Shown here one piece after another: positions 17,776 through 25,768 of a stretch of DNA of 60,268 nt (its first letter is position 1; every line of letters starts with the position of its first letter). This DNA is from Actinomycetota bacterium (GTDB taxonomy: Bacteria; Actinomycetota; UBA4738; HRBIN12): contig DATBJQ010000113.1 in NCBI GenBank assembly GCA_036556385.1, positions 1 to 60,268 of the forward strand. Direction: 5' to 3'. Below the pieces are notes generated by a model. That model was not told where the DNA came from. It made no database searches and was given only the letters and a program-made list of their open reading frames with translations. Made by a program: the position numbers and the translations under genes.

Positions 17776-18654
17776 ATGCCCGGACCGCTCACCCTCCTCG
17801 GCGTACCGATCGACTCCGTCGGCCGGGCCGGCGGCACCGAGCTCGCGCCCGCGGCGTTCCGGTCGTTCCTGCGACCCGGCGATCCCTGGGACCGCGACGG
17901 CGGCGACCTCGATGTGCGGATCCGCGGCGATCTCCGCGATCCTTCCACCGGGATCGTGGGGAGCGGCGACGTGCTGGCGATGACGAGGGCGGTCGCCGAC
18001 GCGGTCGCGGGCTCGGTGGCGGGCGGCGAGCGCCCGTTCCTGATCGGCGGATGCTGCTCGTTCGTCCCGGGCGCCGTCGCCGGGGCGAGCCGAGCCGCGG
18101 GACCCACGGCGATCGCGTACGTGGACGGACATCTCGATCTGTACGACGGCACGACCTCACCGACGGGGGAGGCCGCCGACATGCCGATGGCCGTGGTGCT
18201 GGGCGCCGGGCCGCCCGCATGGGTCGAGGCGGCTGGGGCGACGACGGAGGGACGGCACGCGGCGATCCTCGGCTACCGGGATCTGGACGAGGCCCTCGGG
18301 CACGGCCACCCGCATCCGGACACGGTGGCCGGGCTCACGTACGCGGATGCCGAGGCGGTGCTCGCCGATCCCTCGGGCGTCGGCGCGGCGGTCGCCGAGC
18401 GCTTCGGCGCAGCACCGGGCCGCCTCTGGGTGCACCTCGATGTCGACGTGCTCGACGAGGAGGTGTTCCCCGCCACCGACTACCTGATGCCCGGGGGGCT
18501 GGGCCTCGATCCGCTGACCGACCTGCTCCGCCCGCTGCTCGGTTCCCCGGCGCTCGTGGGCGCGTCGTTCGCCTGCTACAACCCGGAGAAGGATCCCGAC
18601 GGCGCCTGCGGGTCGGCCCTGGCCCAGGTGGCACGGGACACCCTCGTCAGCTGA
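17776..18654 (+). CDS. arginase/agmatinase/formiminoglutamase-family (ureohydrolase fold) protein with a non-canonical first metal motif
   Basis: Family-typical LLGVPIDSVGRAGGTELAPAAFR, VDGHLDLYD (DxHxD) and HLDVDVLDEEVFP (DxD). The usual GGDHS is GGCCS (TGC TGC at 18052-18057). Confidence 0.75.
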   Translation: MPGPLTLLGVPIDSVGRAGGTELAPAAFRSFLRPGDPWDRDGGDLDVRIRGDLRDPSTGIVGSGDVLAMTRAVADAVAGSVAGGERPFLIGGCCSFVPGAVAGASRAAGPTAIAYVDGHLDLYDGTTSPTGEAADMPMAVVLGAGPPAWVEAAGATTEGRHAAILGYRDLDEALGHGHPHPDTVAGLTYADAEAVLADPSGVGAAVAERFGAAPGRLWVHLDVDVLDEEVFPATDYLMPGGLGLDPLTDLLRPLLGSPALVGASFACYNPEKDPDGACGSALAQVARDTLVS

Positions 18655-19552
18655 CGTCGCCGGCGAGCTCGTCGATCCGTGCCTTGGGCGGCATCCCCTC
18701 GCGGGCGCCGGCCACCTCCACCGAGACCGAGGCCGCGACGACCGCGCGGTGCACGCTCTCCGCCAGCTCGCGCCGCTCCCAGAGTCCCGCCGCCAGGACC
18801 CCGTTGAAACAGTCGCCGGCGCCGGTCGTGTCGACGACGCGCTCGACGGCCGGCGCCTCGATCGTCGTCGCGCCCCGCGCCTCGATCACGACGGCACCGT
18901 CCGCGCCCCTCGTCACGACCACCGCGAGCCCGGCATGCGCGGTGGCGAGCGCGAAGGCCCGCGGCGTGGTGGCCTCGAGGTCGGGAGCCAGTGCGGCCAG
19001 CTCGCCCTCGTTCGGGGTCGTCACGGTGGCACCCGCCAGCAGCTCCCGGACCCCCGGTCCGGCGGGGGCCGGGTTCACCACGAAGGGGATGGAGGCCTGC
19101 CGGCACCAGGCGGCCGCCGAGCGCACGGCGTCGAGGGGAACCTCACAGCTCGCGAGGACGACGGCCGCCTCGAGCTCGTCCAGGGTGGGGCGGGGGTCCT
19201 CCACGAGCCGGTTCGCGCCGGGCGCCACCGAGATCTGGTTCTCGCCCGCCGCATCGACCACGATCAGGGCCACGCCCGTGTGCGCGTCCGCTCGGCGGAC
19301 GTGTGCGACGTCGACGCCCTCGGCTCGGAGCGCCGCGAGCGCCTCGTCGCCGAACGCGTCGGCGCCGACGGCTCCGACGATCGCGACCTCCGCTCCCGCC
19401 CGCGCCGCCGCGACCGCCTGGTTCCCGCCCTTACCGCCGTGGTGCCGGCGGAAGTCACCGCCCACCACGGTCTCGCCGGGGCCGGGCAATCCCGCTCCCG
19501 TCACCACGAGGTCGACGTTGATCGCGCCGAGCACGACCAACGGCCCCGCCAT
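18647..19552 (-). CDS. rbsK: ribokinase (PfkB family)
   Basis: True start is ATG 19552 (MAGPLVVLGAINVDLVV), sharing 1 nt with the upstream stop (TGATG). Motifs GGKGGNQAVAAAR and DTTGAGDCFNGVLAAGL. The first 69 aa of the track ORF are an artefact. Confidence 0.85.
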   Translation of the reverse strand: MAGPLVVLGAINVDLVVTGAGLPGPGETVVGGDFRRHHGGKGGNQAVAAARAGAEVAIVGAVGADAFGDEALAALRAEGVDVAHVRRADAHTGVALIVVDAAGENQISVAPGANRLVEDPRPTLDELEAAVVLASCEVPLDAVRSAAAWCRQASIPFVVNPAPAGPGVRELLAGATVTTPNEGELAALAPDLEATTPRAFALATAHAGLAVVVTRGADGAVVIEARGATTIEAPAVERVVDTTGAGDCFNGVLAAGLWERRELAESVHRAVVAASVSVEVAGAREGMPPKARIDELAGDVS

Positions 19553-20562
19553 CACGCGTTCGCCGCGACCAGCCCGCGGAGCCGGTCCACGAAGCGATCC
19601 TCGAAGGTCCGTTCGTCGACCTCGGTCGCCGCGCGGAGGTTGTCCGCCGCCTCGGCCAGCCCGTACATCTCGTTCAGCGGATGTCGCCAGAGGCGGACGA
19701 AGTCGGCGACGGTCTCGCCGCGGGTGTGCCGGCCCTCGAGCTCGACCTCCACGTGGCACACCTCCGTGGCCACCAGCGACGGGTCGATCGCGGCCGCGAC
19801 CGCGAGTGGATCGTGGAGGAAGCAGGCGTCGAGACCGCGGAACGTCGCGCGCTCGAACCCGATGTAGAACTCGGACGCGTCCCGGATCAAGCGGGCGAGG
19901 GCGGAGTCGGGCGCCGGCTCGCAGATCCGGTCGAGGTCGCGCGGCCGCAGGAGGGCCTCCTCGGTGACGTCGAGCCCGATCGCCAGCGGCAGGGCGTCCT
20001 CGGGCAGCGCTCCCGCCGCGCGGAAGACCTCGTCCGCGGCCTCCGGGTCGTACCAGACGTTCGCCTCGCTCCGCGGCAGGGTGTTCCCTCGCCCCCGGAA
20101 CGCGCCCGCCATCATCGTGCAGCTCCTCGCGAGCGTGAGGAGTCCGGGCTCCGCGCGCAGGGCGAGCGCCAGGTTCGTCAGAGGACCCGTCGTGACGAGC
20201 GCGATCCGGCCCGGCGCTGCCCGGAGCTCTTCCACGAGGAGCTCGACGGCGCCTCGACGGGAGGGCCGCAGCGTGGGGACCGGGATCCGAGCGTGACCCA
20301 GTCCCTCCGGGCCGTGCACCTCGTACCCGTGCCGCTCGGGCTCCACGAGTGGGCGCTCGGCCCCGGCGGCCACCTCGACACCGGTCCGACCGGCGGCCTC
20401 GAGGAGCACGAGGGTGTTGCGCACGACCATGTCGACCGGCACGTTCCCGTTCACGCAGGTGACGGCGAGGAGCTCGATCTCCGGCGAGGCGACCGCGTAG
20501 AGGATCGCGAGGGCATCGTCGACCCCCGTGTCGACGTCGAGGATCATGGGGATCGGGGCCAT
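19552..20562 (-). CDS. nucleoside hydrolase (inosine/uridine-preferring family)
   Basis: MAPIPMILDVDTGVDDALAILYA (DxDxxxDD motif), LVTTGPLTNLA, VWYDPEAA. Forms an operon with rbsK. Confidence 0.85.
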   Translation of the reverse strand: MAPIPMILDVDTGVDDALAILYAVASPEIELLAVTCVNGNVPVDMVVRNTLVLLEAAGRTGVEVAAGAERPLVEPERHGYEVHGPEGLGHARIPVPTLRPSRRGAVELLVEELRAAPGRIALVTTGPLTNLALALRAEPGLLTLARSCTMMAGAFRGRGNTLPRSEANVWYDPEAADEVFRAAGALPEDALPLAIGLDVTEEALLRPRDLDRICEPAPDSALARLIRDASEFYIGFERATFRGLDACFLHDPLAVAAAIDPSLVATEVCHVEVELEGRHTRGETVADFVRLWRHPLNEMYGLAEAADNLRAATEVDERTFEDRFVDRLRGLVAANA

Positions 20563-20610
20563 CGCGCGGGAACGATAGCGGGTCCGGTGCGTGCTCTAGA
20601 CTCGCGCCCC

Positions 20611-20952
20611 GTGGCGACGGAGGGGACCGCGAGCTGGGAGGACCTCCAGCGCCTGCGCGTGACCGTCGGGGTGATCACCGACGTCGAGGACTTCCCCGAG
20701 GCACGGAGACCTGCCTACAAGCTCACGATCGACCTCGGCCCCCTCGGCACGCGACGGTCGAGCGCCCAGGTGATGCACTACGCGAAGGACGAGCTGCTCG
20801 GGCGGCAGGTCGTGTGCGTCCTGGGGTTCGCGCCCAAACGGATCGCGGGGTTCGCCAGCGAGGTCCTGGTGCTCGGCGCGTACTCCGACGAGCACGGCGT
20901 CGTCCTGCTGCAGCCGGACCGCGAGGTGGAGCCGGGCTCGGCCGTGGGCTAG
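20611..20952 (+). CDS. csaA: tRNA-binding protein (CsaA/EMAP OB-fold)
   Basis: GTG 20611. 113 aa, LRVTVGVITDVEDFPEARRPAYKLTIDLGPLG...LLGRQVVCVLGFAPKRIAGFASEVLVLG. TAGACT (20597-20602) lies 8 nt upstream, so the mRNA may be leaderless. Confidence 0.7.
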   Translation: MATEGTASWEDLQRLRVTVGVITDVEDFPEARRPAYKLTIDLGPLGTRRSSAQVMHYAKDELLGRQVVCVLGFAPKRIAGFASEVLVLGAYSDEHGVVLLQPDREVEPGSAVG

Positions 20953-21575
20953 AGCGACGCGGCCCGGTACCCGACGAGGCGGGTGGCGGCGTCGGTGACG
21001 ATCTCCTGCATCCGCGCCGGCGTCATGACGGTGTCGTTCAGCAGGACCTGGATCGCGAGACCGTCGATCACCGCGCCGAGTTGGAGGGCGAGGTCGTCCG
21101 CGTCGTGGCCGTCGGTGGGGAACTCCCCCGTCTGGCGCCCGTACCGGATGATGTCGGCCAGCGACTGCACCCAGCGACGGTCCAGCGCTTCACGCTCCTT
21201 CGCGATCTGCGGGTCGCGCAGGGCCCGGACCCAGATCTCGACCCACAGCGCCCATTCGTCCAGCAAGGAGTACTCCGGCAGCAGGCCGGGGACGGACAGC
21301 TCGATGATGCGGGTCATACGCTCCTTCGCCGACGGCAGCCGGCGCATCTCCCGCGCGACCCGGAGGTAGAACTGGTCGTTCGCGTGCGTCAGCGCCTCGA
21401 CGAGCAGACGGTCCTTGGACTCGAAGTAGTACAGGATCAGGCCGGGCGACACACCGCATCGCTGGGCGATGTCCTGGATCCTGGTGTCGGCCAGCCCCCG
21501 CTCGGTGATCACGACGGCGGCGGCGTCCAGGATCTCCTGACGCCGGTCGCGCTGGCGTTGCCGAGCCTTGACCAT
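20949..21575 (-). CDS. TetR-family transcriptional regulator
   Basis: ATG 21575 follows GAGCGAGGGAG (MVKARQRQRDRRQEILDAAAVVITERGLADTRIQDIAQRCGVSPGLILYYFESKD, a TetR HTH). Track ORF start 21650 is less likely. Confidence 0.85.
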   Translation of the reverse strand: MVKARQRQRDRRQEILDAAAVVITERGLADTRIQDIAQRCGVSPGLILYYFESKDRLLVEALTHANDQFYLRVAREMRRLPSAKERMTRIIELSVPGLLPEYSLLDEWALWVEIWVRALRDPQIAKEREALDRRWVQSLADIIRYGRQTGEFPTDGHDADDLALQLGAVIDGLAIQVLLNDTVMTPARMQEIVTDAATRLVGYRAASL

Positions 21576-21662
21576 CGGACTCCCTCGCTCCTGAACGCCG
21601 TACAGTGTCGGGGCCTCATCGGCCGCCCGAACCGGTCGGCGGCTGCGCACACTCTAGCCACG

Positions 21663-21690
21663 TGACCTGGGAAGTCAAAGGGCCAGGTCA
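21663..21690. promoter_or_regulatory. 8-bp inverted repeat TGACCTGG-N12-CCAGGTCA; candidate TetR operator
   Basis: Perfect arms at 21663-21670 and 21683-21690, in the 202-bp divergent gap between the TetR gene and the CrtI-like gene. Confidence 0.35.
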
Positions 21691-21777
21691 GGCCTGCCGG
21701 AGTTGACCCGCGATTCAAAGACGGTGCATGATACGCGGGTCCCGACGAGCAGACGGGACGGAGAGGAACGGGGTTCG

Positions 21778-23400
21778 ATGGTTTCCAACGTCTACGACGC
21801 CATCGTGATCGGTGGCGGTCACAACGGCATGGTGAGCGGCGCCTACTTCGCGCGCGACGGGCTACGCACCGTGGTGCTCGAAGCGCGCGACAAGACCGGC
21901 GGCGCGGCCGACACCAGCGCGCCGTTCGCCGACCATCCCGAGATCAACGTCACGACCTACTCGTACGTGATGTCGCTGATGCCGCCCACGATCATCCGCG
22001 AGCTGCGTCTCCCGCAGCACGGCTACGACGTCACGCCGTTCGGCCCCTACTTCCAGGCGTACCCGGACGGGCGCGCCGTCACGGTCTACGCGGACGACGC
22101 CGCGAAGTCCTACGACTCGATCTCCCAGTTCTCGAAGCAGGACGCCGAGACGATGCCGAAGTGGGAGGCCTGGCTGAAGGGCGTGGCCGACGTGCTCGGC
22201 CCGCTGCTCCTCACCAGCCCGCCGCACGTCGGCTCGATGCATCCGATGGACCTGCTGTCCACGGTGCAGTCGGCCTGGAAGCTGCGCAAGCTCGGTGAGC
22301 GGGGCGTGGGCGACGTGACCCGGCTGTTCACGATGAGCATCTCGGACCTGTTGAACGACTGGTTCGAGTCCGACGCCGTGAAAGGGATGCTCACGGTCAA
22401 CGGCGTGATCGGCACCTGGGCCGGTCCCGACGAGCCGGGCACCGCGTACGTGATGCTGCACCACTCGATCGGCGACGTGGGCGACGGCCACCTCGGCTCG
22501 TGGGGGTTCCAGCAGGGCGGCATGGGGGCCGTGTCGGACTCGATCCGCGGGGCCGCCGAGTCGTTCGGCGCCGAGATCCGCACCGGTGCGCGGGTCAAGA
22601 AGATCCTGATCCGCAACGGCCGTGCCGTGGGCGTCGCGTTGGAGTCCGGCGAGGAGCTCCGCGCCCCGGTGCTGGTGAGCGCGATCCACCCGCAGATCGC
22701 GTTCCTCGATCTGATCGACCGTCACGAGCTGCCCGCCGATTTCGTGTGGGACATCGAGCGGTGGAAGAGCAGGTCCGGCACCGTGAAGATCAACGTGGCG
22801 ATCAGCGAGCTGCCGGACTTCGTGTCCCAGCCCGGCACGAACCAACAGGACCACCACACGGGGTCCGTCGAGCTGTGCTTCAGTCCCACCTACGCGGAGC
22901 GGGCCTTCCAGGACGCGCACATCGAGCGCAAGCCGGCGGTGGCGCCGTTCGTCGACGGCACGATCCCCACGACGCTGGACCGCAAGCTCGCCCCCGAGGG
23001 GACGCATGTGTTCTCGATGTTCACGCAGTGGGTCCCCGACGATTGGAACACGGAGCCGCATCGCGACGAGCTCGACGCATACGCACAGCGGATCTTCGAC
23101 CTCTACGACGAGCTCGCGCCCAACTTCAAGCGGTCGATCATCGACTACCAGGTGATCGGGCCCTACGACATGGAGCAGGAGCTGGGGCTGATCGGCGGCA
23201 ACATCTTCCACGGTGAGCTCTCGGTGGATCAGCTGTTCCACATGCGCCCCGCACCCGGCTACGCGGACTTCCGCACCCCGGTCAAGGGGCTGTACCACGG
23301 CTCCTGCGCCACGCACGGCGGCGGGGGCGTGAACGGGATCCCCGGCTGGCAGGCGTACCGCGCCGCCAAGAAGGACAAGGCATTCCCGAAGAAGGGGTAG
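21778..23400 (+). CDS. phytoene-desaturase-family (CrtI-like) NAD(P)/FAD-dependent oxidoreductase
   Basis: ATG 21778 follows GGAGAGGA. Motifs: YDAIVIGGGHNGMVSGAYFARDGLRTVVLEARDKTGG, LHHSIG, GLYHGSCATHGGGGVNGIPG. An in-window paralogue lies at 35589..37229. Confidence 0.85.
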   Translation: MVSNVYDAIVIGGGHNGMVSGAYFARDGLRTVVLEARDKTGGAADTSAPFADHPEINVTTYSYVMSLMPPTIIRELRLPQHGYDVTPFGPYFQAYPDGRAVTVYADDAAKSYDSISQFSKQDAETMPKWEAWLKGVADVLGPLLLTSPPHVGSMHPMDLLSTVQSAWKLRKLGERGVGDVTRLFTMSISDLLNDWFESDAVKGMLTVNGVIGTWAGPDEPGTAYVMLHHSIGDVGDGHLGSWGFQQGGMGAVSDSIRGAAESFGAEIRTGARVKKILIRNGRAVGVALESGEELRAPVLVSAIHPQIAFLDLIDRHELPADFVWDIERWKSRSGTVKINVAISELPDFVSQPGTNQQDHHTGSVELCFSPTYAERAFQDAHIERKPAVAPFVDGTIPTTLDRKLAPEGTHVFSMFTQWVPDDWNTEPHRDELDAYAQRIFDLYDELAPNFKRSIIDYQVIGPYDMEQELGLIGGNIFHGELSVDQLFHMRPAPGYADFRTPVKGLYHGSCATHGGGGVNGIPGWQAYRAAKKDKAFPKKG

Positions 23401-23429
23401 CCGGCGAGGATCGGAGCGCGCTCCGGCGC

Positions 23430-25505
23430 ATGCTGGAGCCGCGGTCGGTCGCCGTGGTGGGCGCGTCCGCGAAGGAGGCGTCGCTCGGGCGACGGATGCT
23501 GCTCGAGCTGCGCCGTGGCGGGTTCGACGGCGCGATCTACCCGATCAACCCCGGGTACGGGGAGCTCGAGGGTCTCCGCTGCTACGCCTCGGTCTCGGAG
23601 GTCCCCGGGCCGGTCGACCTGGCGATCGTGGGGCTCGCGAACGCGCGGATCGAGCAGGCCGTCCGTGAGGTTGCGGCCGTGGGGGCCGGCGGGATCGTCA
23701 CGTTCGCGTCGCTCGCGGACGAGGAGCCCGTCGAGGCCGGACGACCTCCGCTCCGCGAGCGCGTCGCGGCGATCGTGCGCGACGCGGGCGTCGCGATGTG
23801 CGGCGGAAACGGGATGGGGTTCGTGAACCTCGCGTCGCGCGTCCGGGCCACCGGCTTCGCGACCCCCGACGAGCTCCGACCGGGTCCCGTCACCTTCATC
23901 TCGCACAGCGGCTCGGCCTACGACGCCGTGCTCTTCAACGACCGCGGGATCGGGTTCGACCTGGTGGTCTCCAGCGGCCAGGAGCTCGCCACCACGATGG
24001 CCGACTATGTCGGGTACGCGCTGGACGGGGGTCGGACCAAGGTCCTCGCGCTCCTGCTCGAGACCGTGCGCGATCCCGGGTCGTTCCGTGCCCAGCTGCA
24101 CCGCGCGGCCGAGCTGGACGTCCCGGTCGTGGCGCTCAAGGTCGGCCGGACGGCCTCGTCCCGGGCGATGGTCACCGCGCACTCGGGAGCGTTGGCGGGT
24201 GAGCACGGCGCCTACGAGGCGGTGTTCGACGCGTACGGGGTCCACGAGGTCCGGTCCCTCGACGAGCTGGTCGACACGGTCGAGCTCTTCTCGTCGCCCC
24301 GGCGCGTGGCCACCGGACGGGGGGTGGCGAGCCTGCACGACAGCGGCGGGGAGCGAGCGCTGTTCGCCGACCTGGCGAGCGACGCGGGCGTGCCGTTCGC
24401 CGAGGTCGGCTCGGCCACGCTGGCGGCGATCGACGAGGTCCTCGACCCCGGGCTCGAGGCCGCGAATCCGCTCGACGCCTGGGGGACGGGGATCGACGCG
24501 GACGCGATCTTCGCCCGAGCGTTCCGCGCGCTCCACGACGACCCCGACACCGCCGTCGTCGCCTTCGTGGTCGACATGACGCCGCAGGGCGAGCCGTACT
24601 CGGAGGGGTACCTGCGGGTCGCCCGCGAGACGTGGGAGACGACGACGAAGCCCTTCTGCGTGCTGTCCAACCTGGCCAGCGCCGTGGCGACCGACGAGGT
24701 GGCGCAGCTGCGCCGGCTCGGGATCCCCGTGCTCGAGGGAACGGAGTCCGGCCTCAGGGCGGTGCGGCACCTGCTGGACCATGCCCGTGTCCGCGACGAG
24801 CCCCCGCTCGCTCCGGCCCCGACCGTCGATCCGGCCGTGCGCGAGCGTTGGCGCGCCGAGCTCTCCACCGGGCGGCAGCTCGACGAGGTGACGGCGCTGG
24901 ATCTGCTCGATGCGTACGGCATCCCCACCGCGGCCCACCGACGGGCCGGCTCGCTCGAGGACGCCGTGGAGGCGGCCGCTTCGGTCGGCTACCCGATCGC
25001 CCTCAAGACCGCGGGCGAGGGGATCGCGCACAAGAGCGAGGCCGACGGTGTCCGATTGGGCCTCGCCGATCCGGAGGGGGTGCGCATCGCCTACGAGGAT
25101 CTCTCCTCCCGGCTCGGCGACGAGGTCACCGTCGCGGCGATGGCTCCCCCGGGGATCGAGGTCGCGCTGGGCGTCGTGCACGATGCGACGTTCGGGCCGA
25201 TGGTCCTGGTCGCCGCGGGCGGCGTCCTGGTCGAGCTGGTGGGGGACCGGCGGCTCGCGATCCCGCCGGTCGATGAACGGCGGGCACAGCGCCTGCTCGA
25301 CGGGCTCCGGATGCGACCGATCCTGGACGGGATCCGTGGCGCCCCACCCGCCGATGTGGGCGCGTTGACGAGCGCGATCGTCCGGCTGAGCGTCCTGGCC
25401 GACGACCTCGGGGATCTGGTCGCCGAGCTCGACGTCAACCCGGTGCTCGTGTCGCCCCGGGGCGTCCTCGCGGTGGATGCGCTCGTCGTGCCGCGCACCT
25501 CCTGA
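23430..25505 (+). CDS. ADP-forming acyl-CoA synthetase (acetate--CoA ligase family; fused CoA-binding and ATP-grasp domains)
   Basis: 691 aa. CoA-binding N-terminus SVAVVGASAKEASLGRRML...IYPINP, a central ligase-CoA domain, and a C-terminal ATP-grasp (GYPIALKTAGEGIAHKSEADGVRLGL). Confidence 0.85.
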   Translation: MLEPRSVAVVGASAKEASLGRRMLLELRRGGFDGAIYPINPGYGELEGLRCYASVSEVPGPVDLAIVGLANARIEQAVREVAAVGAGGIVTFASLADEEPVEAGRPPLRERVAAIVRDAGVAMCGGNGMGFVNLASRVRATGFATPDELRPGPVTFISHSGSAYDAVLFNDRGIGFDLVVSSGQELATTMADYVGYALDGGRTKVLALLLETVRDPGSFRAQLHRAAELDVPVVALKVGRTASSRAMVTAHSGALAGEHGAYEAVFDAYGVHEVRSLDELVDTVELFSSPRRVATGRGVASLHDSGGERALFADLASDAGVPFAEVGSATLAAIDEVLDPGLEAANPLDAWGTGIDADAIFARAFRALHDDPDTAVVAFVVDMTPQGEPYSEGYLRVARETWETTTKPFCVLSNLASAVATDEVAQLRRLGIPVLEGTESGLRAVRHLLDHARVRDEPPLAPAPTVDPAVRERWRAELSTGRQLDEVTALDLLDAYGIPTAAHRRAGSLEDAVEAAASVGYPIALKTAGEGIAHKSEADGVRLGLADPEGVRIAYEDLSSRLGDEVTVAAMAPPGIEVALGVVHDATFGPMVLVAAGGVLVELVGDRRLAIPPVDERRAQRLLDGLRMRPILDGIRGAPPADVGALTSAIVRLSVLADDLGDLVAELDVNPVLVSPRGVLAVDALVVPRTS

Positions 25506-25519
25506 GGGAAGGGCCTACG

Positions 25520-25726
25520 ATGGGAGGCGTGGGACTGCTGCTCGAGCTGGTCGCGATGGTGCTGCTGGCGGGCGTCGTGGGCGGGTCGGTCGCGGGGCTG
25601 GCCGCCCGCAGCTCCCGGCCCGGGTCGCTGTCACTGCGGGAGCTCGTGGCGGGTGCGATCCTTCCGCGTCCCCGCTGGCGCGAGCGCCGGCGGGCGTCGG
25701 GCACGTATGTCACCGTCAGCTCCTAG
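25520..25726 (+). CDS. hypothetical small membrane protein (68 aa, one predicted TM helix)
   Basis: ATG follows GAGGGAAGGG. N-terminus GVGLLLELVAMVLLAGVVGGSVAGLAA followed by an Arg-rich tail. GC3 is near saturation in this frame. No family recognised. Confidence 0.4.
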   Translation: MGGVGLLLELVAMVLLAGVVGGSVAGLAARSSRPGSLSLRELVAGAILPRPRWRERRRASGTYVTVSS

Positions 25727-25768
25727 CTCGAGCGTCCCGCGACGACGGAGATCGACGAGGAGGGCAGC

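Noticed and set aside
22361-22371. ggttcgagtcc, a tRNA T-loop-like string
   Set aside because: It lies inside the CrtI-like CDS (codons for DWFESD). The flanking bases cannot form a 5-bp T-stem (actgg versus ccgac), and there is no cloverleaf context.
21778-23400. Apparent low-GC island suggesting horizontal acquisition of the first CrtI-like gene. Hand counts gave about 62-65% GC, versus about 77-78% in the neighbour and in the paralogue.
   Set aside because: Third-codon positions in the stretch I checked are still almost all G/C. The lower GC therefore comes from amino-acid composition (more Lys/Asn/Phe/Tyr/Ile), not from foreign codon usage.
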